NCBI GenBank assembly: GCA_046757165.1
Contig: JBHHXT010000129.1
Location: 1-13,067 of the forward strand
Length of the DNA: 13,067 bases
Source: a bacterium
GTDB lineage: Bacteria; Zhuqueibacterota; Zhuqueibacteria; Oceanimicrobiales; Oceanimicrobiaceae
Direction of reading: 5' to 3'
Shown here piece after piece: positions 1-6,717 of the stretch. The notes under the pieces are model-generated. The model made no database searches, was not told where the DNA came from, and saw only the letters and a list, made by a program, of their open reading frames with translations. The stretch's first letter is position 1. Every line of letters begins with the position of its first letter. The translations under genes were made by a program, and so were the position numbers.

Positions 1-289
1 ATCGTTGACGACAACGGCATCTATTTCACCACACACACAATTGTTGAATGGCTGCCGGTCTTCCGCATGGCCCAAACCAGAGAAGGGATCAGATTTCAGG
101 ATGTGATGCGAGATTTGAAGAAATCTACTTCACGGGAAGGTCTGTTATCAGAAACTCGAGTACATGCATCATAATCCTGTGCGCAAAGGTTTCGTTGACA
201 ACCCTGAGTGTTGGCTTTGCAGCAGTGCACGGAACTATGTTTTTCAGGATGACTCTGTTTTGAAAGTCGAGTCGTTAGAGATGCACTGA
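1..289 (+). pseudogene. REP-associated tyrosine transposase (RAYT) remnant with two internal deletions and a frameshift; 5' end lies outside the window
   Basis: Not in the ORF track; translated by hand. Frame 1 (1-138) reads IVDDNGIYFTTHTIVEWLPVFR, the RAYT N-terminal YFxTxTxVxWxxVF motif, joined directly to MAQTREGIRFQDVMRDLKKSTSRE, the post-HUH MRDxKKxTS helix. Frame 2 (143-289) reads CYQKLEYMHHNPVRKGFVDNPECWLCSSARNY...MH*, the RAYT YxHxNP...W..SS C-terminus. The HUH segment is missing. Confidence 0.85.
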
Positions 290-297
290 GTCTGTTT

Positions 298-312
298 GGG
301 AATGGAATTCCC
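298..312. repeat. REP-like hairpin directly downstream of the RAYT remnant
   Basis: GGGAAT-GGA-ATTCCC, 8 bp after the RAYT stop codon. Confidence 0.5.
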
Positions 313-355
313 TGTGGCTGGGTGCGAATAATTATTTTGGCCACGGATAAGATAG

Positions 356-412
356 GGTGTTCACGCTTTAGCGTGTTTTCCCCTCACCCCAGCAAGCTGA
401 AGCTTGTACACC
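356..412. repeat. REP doublet (REPIN-like): two inverted 20-bp hairpin units
   Basis: GGTGTTCACGCTTTAGCGTG (356-375) versus the reverse complement of 393-412, GGTGTACAAGCTTCAGCTTG. They match at 16/20 and both keep an internal 5-bp stem (CACGC/GCGTG and CAAGC/GCTTG). Confidence 0.7.
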
Positions 413-512
413 GTCCCCCCGGTCAGGAGCCGATCAATTTAGGATTTTTTTTAGTTCCGGCTTGGCGGGGAATATTCCCGCACCCCAAAAGCGTTGAACA
501 ACGTAAATAAAT

Positions 513-543
513 TCTTGACTTTCATCGTCAAGATACCTATTTT
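513..543 (+). promoter_or_regulatory. Putative sigma70 promoter of the hydrogenase operon with an overlapping inverted repeat
   Basis: TTGACT (515-520), 17-bp spacer, TATTTT (538-543). The inverted repeat TCTTGAC-N7-GTCAAGA (513-533) overlaps the -35 box. Confidence 0.55.
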
Positions 544-624
544 GGAAAAACTTAAGCCCATCTCTTTGATCATTTCATCGCGCGTCAATTGACTTTTCCC
601 TTCCTCACCCACTTGGAGGCTCTT

Positions 625-1848
625 ATGGAAACCGTAGAAGCTCCGGTTGCAGGTGTGACAAAGGACCAGACGCCGGCAGAAAGCGCTGATGTGCCCGAAC
701 CCCGTCCCCAGCCATCCTTTGAAACCGATTTAGGCCCCCTGAAGGTCGTGCATGCGTTTTGGCTCGCTGGCATGAGCTGCGATGGCTGTTCCATTGCCGC
801 CGTCGGCGCAACCCAGCCGAGCGTTGAATCCTTGCTCAGCGGCACGCTTCCGGGCGTCCCGAAAGTGGTTTTACACCATCCCGTGCTGGCCGTTGAAGCA
901 GGGGCGTCTTTTGTGCACAATTTTGAGATCGCGGCCGATGGCAAGCTCGATGCGCCGTATGTGGTCATTTGCGAGGGCTCCGTGGCTGACGAAGCGATTG
1001 CCGGGGCAGATGGGGGCTACTGGTCCGGCTTCGGAGCCAGAGAGGTTGACGGTGTCCCGCAACCCATTCCCACGGCAGAATGGCTCCAGCGTCTCGCGCC
1101 CAATGCAGCAGCCGTTATCGCCCTGGGCACCTGTGCAACCTGGGGCGGGATTCCGGCCGCCATTGGCAATCCGACCCATGCGATGGGCGTGACCGATTTT
1201 CTTGGCGAAGACTACCGGAGCGCTTTGGGTTTACCCGTGGTCAACATTCCCGGCTGCTCGCCGGTGGGGGACAATTTCACCGAAACGGTGGCCGCGGTTT
1301 TGCTTTTTCTGCAAGGGATAGGACCGCTGCCTGAATTTGATCAGTTGGGCCGGCCGGCCTGGCTTTTCGACGAAACCGTTCACCGGGGGTGCACCCGCGC
1401 CGGATTCTATGAAGAGGGGACGTTTGCGGAAGAATACGGCAACAAAGAGTGCCTGGTGGAAATCGGCTGTTGGGGCCCCGTGGTTGAATGCAACATCAAC
1501 AAGCGCGGCGCCATCAACCACGTCGGGGGCTGCATGAATGTCGGTGCGCCGTGTATCGGCTGTACCATGCCCAGCTTTCCTGACGGATTCTCACCATTCT
1601 ATCAACGCCCACCCGGCACGTTCGTCTCGTCGACTGCCTCGAAAGCGCACGGCTTTATCATCCGAAGACTGCGCGAGCACACGATGTTTTTCCAGAATCG
1701 CTCTCGAAAGTGGGAACAAGATGGGCATGTCCCGAGTGGCTGGGGGCACACGCGTGAACCGATGCTTCTCGACCGGATCATCCACTACCTTTACCAAAAA
1801 CTCCAGTTCATGGGCGGCAAACGTCCTGGCTCGCGTTCCAAAGATTGA
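625..1848 (+). CDS. hylS: [NiFe]-hydrogenase small subunit, group 1l/1h-like
   Basis: Proximal ligands GMSCDGCS, GTCATWGG, NIPGCSP; distal HRGC...CLVEIGC; medial VEC...GGC...PCIGC. No twin-arginine signal. The ATG at 625 follows GGAGG (615-619), so it is preferred over TTG 589. Confidence 0.95.
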   Translation: METVEAPVAGVTKDQTPAESADVPEPRPQPSFETDLGPLKVVHAFWLAGMSCDGCSIAAVGATQPSVESLLSGTLPGVPKVVLHHPVLAVEAGASFVHNFEIAADGKLDAPYVVICEGSVADEAIAGADGGYWSGFGAREVDGVPQPIPTAEWLQRLAPNAAAVIALGTCATWGGIPAAIGNPTHAMGVTDFLGEDYRSALGLPVVNIPGCSPVGDNFTETVAAVLLFLQGIGPLPEFDQLGRPAWLFDETVHRGCTRAGFYEEGTFAEEYGNKECLVEIGCWGPVVECNINKRGAINHVGGCMNVGAPCIGCTMPSFPDGFSPFYQRPPGTFVSSTASKAHGFIIRRLREHTMFFQNRSRKWEQDGHVPSGWGHTREPMLLDRIIHYLYQKLQFMGGKRPGSRSKD

Positions 1849-1871
1849 GTTCTTAAAATCGGGAGAAGGGC

Positions 1872-2168
1872 ATGAACGATACAGAGCTGTTTGCGAATTG
1901 GTATCTCAGCCTGGGAATTGCTGCTGTTGTGGTTCTCATTGCGGCATCCTTGCTGATAGCCGTTTGGCTGGCTGCCAGAAGAATCCTGAAACTAGCCGTG
2001 GCCGCGCTGGGATTGGTGACCCAAATCAAAGAGAATACCCGGAGCATCTGGAATTTGCAGGACACAAACGCCACGGCTGCAAAGATTCTCGATACGGCTA
2101 AGTCGATCAAAACTCACGGTGCAATGGTCGCACAGGCATTGCATGAAGCCAACAAAGAGAAAGTCTAA
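1872..2168 (+). CDS. Small single-pass membrane protein 1 of the hydrogenase operon (HylTM-like)
   Basis: RBS GGAGAAGG; hydrophobic LSLGIAAVVVLIAASLLIAVWLAA followed by RR and an amphipathic helical tail containing IKENTRSI. Confidence 0.85.
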   Translation: MNDTELFANWYLSLGIAAVVVLIAASLLIAVWLAARRILKLAVAALGLVTQIKENTRSIWNLQDTNATAAKILDTAKSIKTHGAMVAQALHEANKEKV

Positions 2169-2387
2169 CCTGGAAAATTCATGAACCACGAAGTTCACGA
2201 AGAACACGAAGAAAAACAGGGTAAGGAGCCCATCTGCAAACAATCTTAAGTTACTAAATTGACAAGCATTAAATTCATCTCTGATTTGTTCGTGGTAAAA
2301 AAGAATTTTGAGACCAAGTTTCTGTAAATATTTGTTTGTATTTTTGTTATAATAGCTCGTTTTCAGATTTGTGAATTGATCAGGCTA
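2166..2387. mobile_element. AT-rich non-coding insert, possibly MITE-like
   Basis: Ends TAACCTGGAAAATTCAT (2166-2182) and GTGAATTGATCAGGCTA (2371-2387) are imperfect inverted repeats (12/17). CACGAAG occurs three times at 9-bp period (2187, 2196, 2205). ACCACGAA (2185-2192) pairs with TTCGTGGT (2289-2296). Confidence 0.5.
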
Positions 2388-2406
2388 AAATACGGGAGAA
2401 AAGGCT

Positions 2407-2739
2407 ATGGATTCTGGTGCAAGTGAAGGCGCACAACTCATCGTCTGGTGGGCGTCTCTGGGAATTGGGGCCGTGGTTTTGGGGGTCGTGGCAGTGCTTC
2501 TGACCATGATTCGCAGGACGGCGGCACAGATCCTGGATGGCGCCAGTCAAATCTGGACGCAAGGCAAGCTTGTGGCCAACAACACCATTCAAATCCCAAT
2601 CTTGTTGAGCACCACCAATCGAGTGGTCGAGCAAATCAGAACCGAGGCAGTGGAAATTCTTGGCGCGGCGAACGCGATCGAGCAGCACGCCAAAGGCTGC
2701 CCCGGCTGTCCGGAATGTGTCCTGTTAGCAGGAGGGTAA
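2407..2739 (+). CDS. Small single-pass membrane protein 2 (HylTM-like) with C-terminal CPGCPEC motif
   Basis: RBS GGGAG; TM segment WWASLGIGAVVLGVVAVLLTMI then RR; VANNTIQI motif shared with paralogues; ends KGCPGCPECVLLAGG. Confidence 0.85.
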   Translation: MDSGASEGAQLIVWWASLGIGAVVLGVVAVLLTMIRRTAAQILDGASQIWTQGKLVANNTIQIPILLSTTNRVVEQIRTEAVEILGAANAIEQHAKGCPGCPECVLLAGG

Positions 2740-2743
2740 AAGA

Positions 2744-3037
2744 ATGTTTGTTCTTCTCATGCTGGTGACTGTTGTGGCTGCCGTCGCCCTGCTGGTTGTC
2801 CTGGTCTACAATCTGGCCCACATTGTTCGCACCCTGGACGCCATCGGTGGGCAGCCCGACAGCTTGTTGTCCAAATTGCGCCTTGGGTTACGGGCCATCG
2901 AAACCGAAACCGGGCATTTGGCCCCACAGGTGACCAAACTGAATGGCGAGCTGAGCACGATTGCCGGTGGCCTCCAGGGCGTCGACGGCCATTTAGCCAA
3001 AACAATCGAGGCAGTACTCGAGCAAGAAGGGAGCTGA
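2744..3037 (+). CDS. Small single-pass membrane protein 3 (HylTM-like)
   Basis: RBS AGGAGG; N-terminal hydrophobic helix; tail GLRAIETETGHLAPQVTKLNGELSTIAGGLQGVDGHL is paralogous to 3377-3649. Confidence 0.85.
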   Translation: MFVLLMLVTVVAAVALLVVLVYNLAHIVRTLDAIGGQPDSLLSKLRLGLRAIETETGHLAPQVTKLNGELSTIAGGLQGVDGHLAKTIEAVLEQEGS

Positions 3038-3041
3038 TACC

Positions 3042-3353
3042 ATGCCACAAGCCGTTTATATCATTTGGGCTGTGTTGTTAGTCGTGGTGGTTTTGTCCCT
3101 GCCGGTGGTGGTGATTTTGCTGCACCGAACCTTGCGGGCGTCGAGAAATATTGCGCGCTACTTTGAAGAGATGAAAATCGCCGGGCTGGGAATCGCCCGG
3201 AATACGGGCAACATCAAAGCGCTCGAGGAGACCATCCAAACGGCGTCCACCATTCTGAGTGTGGCAGGAGATATCGACAAACATTCCAACACCATCAAAA
3301 CGACGCTTGCAGCACGTGCCGACGAACTGAGTAGCGACCGTCATCGAAACTAA
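3042..3353 (+). CDS. Small single-pass membrane protein 4 (HylTM-like)
   Basis: RBS GGGAG; TM segment IIWAVLLVVVVLSLPVVVILL; IARNTGNIKALEET resembles IKENTRSIWNLQDT of protein 1. Confidence 0.85.
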   Translation: MPQAVYIIWAVLLVVVVLSLPVVVILLHRTLRASRNIARYFEEMKIAGLGIARNTGNIKALEETIQTASTILSVAGDIDKHSNTIKTTLAARADELSSDRHRN

Positions 3354-3376
3354 CAGAACCCGGGAGGCAGAACATC

Positions 3377-3649
3377 ATGTTACCAACCATCCTATTCTAT
3401 GCGACACTTGCCATTGTCGCTCTGGTCGTGCTGGTCCTGGTGGTCTATTTGCTGGGAATTATCATCGCCCTGCGGCGTGCCGGCAACCAGTTGGCAGCAC
3501 TGGCCGAGGGGTTGCAGAAAATCGCAGATGACACCCAACCGTTGGCAGGACATGTCGGCACCATCAACGGAGCGCTTGGGCAGCTTGGTCAGGGTCTGGC
3601 TTCCGTGGATGAGCATCTTGTCGGAATCGCTGGTGTTTTCAAATTATAG
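3377..3649 (+). CDS. Small single-pass membrane protein 5 (HylTM-like)
   Basis: RBS GGAGG; long hydrophobic N-terminus then RR; tail GLQKIADDTQPLAGHVGTINGALGQLGQGLASVDEHL is paralogous to protein 3. Confidence 0.85.
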   Translation: MLPTILFYATLAIVALVVLVLVVYLLGIIIALRRAGNQLAALAEGLQKIADDTQPLAGHVGTINGALGQLGQGLASVDEHLVGIAGVFKL

Positions 3650-3702
3650 ACTGGTGGTGATTGTGCCAGACTCGATAACGATTACAATCTAACGAGGGTG
3701 CC

Positions 3703-5577
3703 ATGTGCTTTAAGAATCTCCCCATAGAGTTTGATGAGCAGGGAAACGCCACCCTGAAAGAAGGGGTCGCGGACCCTTACGCCTATAAAACAACCTCCCT
3801 GGATGAGGAGCAGGACAAATTGAAAGCGCTCCTGGCTCGTAACGGTTTCATCAAGAATGTCGATTTTGACCCGGTGACTCGGGTTGCCGGCGCGCTGGCT
3901 TTTCATAGTGTCGTAGATTTGAAGAATCGTAAGGTTTTATCCACCAACTCCATGGCAACGCTCTTTCGGGGGTACGAAGTGATTCTCAAGGGGCGTGACC
4001 CTCGGGATGCGGCCTATATCAGCAGCCGCGCTTGTGGCGTCTGCGGCGGCGTGCATGCGACTGTTTCAGCGCTGGCTCTGGAAATGGCCGTCGGCGTCAC
4101 GCCTCCGCCCCTGGGAGTTTTGCTTCGGAACTTACTGCTTTCTATTGAATATCTCTACGACCATCCATTGATTCTATTCTTGTTGGGAGGGCCAGATTAT
4201 TCAGAGCAATTGGTCAGCGAGACAACCCCGAAACTATTTGAAAAGGCGAAGAAGGCGGCGACAAAATTCGAGCATTTCCATGGCTACAAAACCATCGCCG
4301 ACATCATGCACGATTTGAATCCGCTCACCGGCAGGCTTTATGTTGAAGCGTTGCAAATGACGCGCGTCGCGCGTGAGGCCTATGTGCTGATCGGGGGCAA
4401 GTACCCGCATCCACAAACAGTCGTTCCGGGTGGCATTGCCGCCACCGTGACCCTTTCTGTGATGAATGAAATGTACATGCGGCTGCAGCAGTTTTTCGAC
4501 TATTCCAAAAAGGTCGTGGGGGTCTGGGATGATATCTACGATTTCTTTCTCGAGCAGAATCCCGAGTATGCAAAATGCGGGATGCGGCCGGCAACGATGA
4601 TGGACTCGGGGGTTTGGGACCGGCCGGATGCCTATGATGCCACGTACCAGAATATGGACAAATGGGGCCGGGCGCGCTGGGCCACGCCCGGGGTGTTGGT
4701 CGATGGCGAGGTCGTGACCACGGATTTGCAGTTGCTCAACGCCGGATATGAAGAATTTGTGGCGCATTCTTACTATGAAGAGTGGAACGGACATCGCTAT
4801 CAGCAGGACCCGGTTGGCAACCCTTTGAGTCCCAATCATCCGTGGAACAAAGAAACCATCCCGAAGCCCGGCAAACAAAGCTGGCGCGACCGCTACTCCT
4901 GGGATACCACACCCACGTGGGACCGCATGCCCATGGAAGCGGGCGCGTATGCCAGATTGTATCTGACTGCCAAGGCGCGCGAGCTGCCGCAATGCAAGTT
5001 CATTCATGCCACCGGCAACAGTCTGCAAATCCATGTCCCGAAAGCTGAGCTGGAGGGCAGCACCCTGGAATGGAAGGTGCCGAAAGTCTGGAACGCCTTC
5101 GAGAGAAACCGGGCGCGCGCGTATGCCATTCCGTACTCCGCCATGGTGGCGATGGAGAACTGGATGATGGCGATGCACATGCTCCGTCAGGGCGAAACAA
5201 AGGTCAGCAACAAGTTTGAAATCCCCAGGAAAGGCACGCAAGTCGGCGTTGGCTTCTGGGGCGCGGGACGGGGTTTCCTGAGCCATCACGTGGTCATCGA
5301 GAATGGCGCCATTGCCAATTATCAAATCGGCACACCCTCGACGCTCAATGCAGCCCCCCGAACCCCCTGGGGCGTGCCCGGACCTTATGAAGAAGCGGTT
5401 CTGAATACCCCGCTGCTGGAAGACTTCAAGTCGGCAGATGATTACAAGGGCATCGATATCCTGCGCGCGATTCGGAGCTTTGACCCGTGTATGCCGTGCA
5501 CCACGCATATCATGGTTGAAGGCAATGACACCGTCATCACCCGTGAAGTGACCACGTGTGCGTGCGGTGTCGAGTAA
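3703..5577 (+). CDS. hylL: [NiFe]-hydrogenase large subunit, group 1l-like
   Basis: DPVTRVAG, FRGYEVILKGRDPRDA, L1 motif SRACGVCGGVH, GAGRGFLSHH, L2 motif IRSFDPCMPCTTH, then a 22-aa C-terminal extension; 624 aa. Confidence 0.96.
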   Translation: MCFKNLPIEFDEQGNATLKEGVADPYAYKTTSLDEEQDKLKALLARNGFIKNVDFDPVTRVAGALAFHSVVDLKNRKVLSTNSMATLFRGYEVILKGRDPRDAAYISSRACGVCGGVHATVSALALEMAVGVTPPPLGVLLRNLLLSIEYLYDHPLILFLLGGPDYSEQLVSETTPKLFEKAKKAATKFEHFHGYKTIADIMHDLNPLTGRLYVEALQMTRVAREAYVLIGGKYPHPQTVVPGGIAATVTLSVMNEMYMRLQQFFDYSKKVVGVWDDIYDFFLEQNPEYAKCGMRPATMMDSGVWDRPDAYDATYQNMDKWGRARWATPGVLVDGEVVTTDLQLLNAGYEEFVAHSYYEEWNGHRYQQDPVGNPLSPNHPWNKETIPKPGKQSWRDRYSWDTTPTWDRMPMEAGAYARLYLTAKARELPQCKFIHATGNSLQIHVPKAELEGSTLEWKVPKVWNAFERNRARAYAIPYSAMVAMENWMMAMHMLRQGETKVSNKFEIPRKGTQVGVGFWGAGRGFLSHHVVIENGAIANYQIGTPSTLNAAPRTPWGVPGPYEEAVLNTPLLEDFKSADDYKGIDILRAIRSFDPCMPCTTHIMVEGNDTVITREVTTCACGVE

Positions 5578-5580
5578 TCG

Positions 5581-6114
5581 ATGCGACGGGTTCTGGTCGG
5601 GACCGTCGGATATCACAATCTGCGTGACTACTCCCTCGGCCCGAAACTGATTCCAAAACTCAGGGAAATCAATGGGGGAGCTTCGGTTGAGATTGAAGAA
5701 ATGAACTGGGGGCCGATTGCGATTGTGCAGAATTTTCAATCGTTAACCCGGCCCTATGATCGAATCGTCTTCGTTTGTTCCAGAGCCTGCGGTCGTTCAG
5801 TGGGAACGGTAACCACGCGACGCTGGGCCGGGGGACTCCCGTCTGAAGAGAATCTTCAAGAACGTATTGCCGAGGCAGTGACCGGCGTGATCAGCATGGA
5901 CAATTTGCTGATTATCGGGGAGTATTTTCAGATTTGGCCTGATGAAGTGGTTTTGGTCGACGTCGAGCCGGGCAAGGAGGAAATGGGTGAAACTTTTACG
6001 CCTGAGGTGGAAGTGGCCATTCCCGAAGTTCTGGATCGGGTGCGGGCACTGGTGATCGCTGAATCAAGCGGGTTGAGCGGGCTGATGGAGATGCGAGGAG
6101 ATGAATTGGTCTGA
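5581..6114 (+). CDS. Hydrogenase maturation protease homologue (HybD/HycI, peptidase A31 fold), degenerate
   Basis: Starts 3 bp after the large-subunit stop. VLVGTVGYHNLRDYSLG resembles GNxLxxDDGxG, and the C-terminal DVEP...GETFTPEVEVAIP is typical of the family. The VDA Asp and the conserved His are not apparent. Confidence 0.75.
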   Translation: MRRVLVGTVGYHNLRDYSLGPKLIPKLREINGGASVEIEEMNWGPIAIVQNFQSLTRPYDRIVFVCSRACGRSVGTVTTRRWAGGLPSEENLQERIAEAVTGVISMDNLLIIGEYFQIWPDEVVLVDVEPGKEEMGETFTPEVEVAIPEVLDRVRALVIAESSGLSGLMEMRGDELV

Positions 6115-6137
6115 ACGAATAATCCCGGGATGCGACA

Positions 6138-6698
6138 ATGGACCACGCTCAGTCGAGACGGCCGCTTGCTGAAGGTGTCAAACCCGCCCCGCGCGTTCTC
6201 ATTGCCGGTGTGGGCAACGTCTTGCACCGGGACGACGGCTTCGGCGTGGAAGTGATTCGGCGTCTGCAAGAAAAAAATGGTCTGCCCCATACCGTCAAGG
6301 TGGTCGAGACTGGAATAGGAGGCATCAGTCTCGTCCAGGAGCTGTACGCCGGTTATGATGCGCTGCTTCTGGTCGACGCGGTTTCACGTGACGGCAAGCC
6401 CGGACAGATTTATGTGCTGGAAGCTGAAGTCGGCGACATCAGCGACCTTCCGCTCGATCAAAAGCGGGATTTTCTGGCGGATATGCATTATACCAATCCG
6501 AACCGTGCGCTCATGCTTGCCAGAGCGTTGAACGTGCTGCCGGGACGTGTGGCCATTGTCGGGTGCGAACCCTGCGCCGTTGACGGCCTGGGGATGGAAC
6601 TGAGTGCTGAGATTCAACGCGCGATTCCCAAAGCGGTCGAGCAGATAGAAACATGGATTCATGACTTTTACAGGAATAGAGAAGGCTCGAAGTTCTAG
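6138..6698 (+). CDS. Hydrogenase maturation endopeptidase (HupD/HybD family)
   Basis: GVGNVLHRDDGFG, LLLVDAV, DMHYTNP and VGCEP...GMELSAEI; all three metal-binding positions are present. Confidence 0.92.
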   Translation: MDHAQSRRPLAEGVKPAPRVLIAGVGNVLHRDDGFGVEVIRRLQEKNGLPHTVKVVETGIGGISLVQELYAGYDALLLVDAVSRDGKPGQIYVLEAEVGDISDLPLDQKRDFLADMHYTNPNRALMLARALNVLPGRVAIVGCEPCAVDGLGMELSAEIQRAIPKAVEQIETWIHDFYRNREGSKF

Positions 6699-6717
6699 CT
6701 AGTGCTTTACTAATAAG

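Noticed and set aside
48..510. Short ORFs 48-263, 96-344 and 322-510
   Set aside because: They overlap the RAYT remnant in the wrong frame or strand, or run through palindromic repeats
589..624. N-terminal extension or Tat signal on the small subunit
   Set aside because: No RR motif; the strong GGAGG ahead of ATG 625 argues against the TTG start
1872..3649. Type IV pilins, ATP synthase b subunits or TatA copies as the identity of the five small proteins
   Set aside because: No prepilin GFxxxE cleavage motif and no TatA FG hinge; the tails lack the highly charged composition of b subunits
4234..5739. 501-aa minus-strand ORF
   Set aside because: Antisense shadow of the large-subunit gene; no recognisable motifs, and expected from GC-biased codon usage
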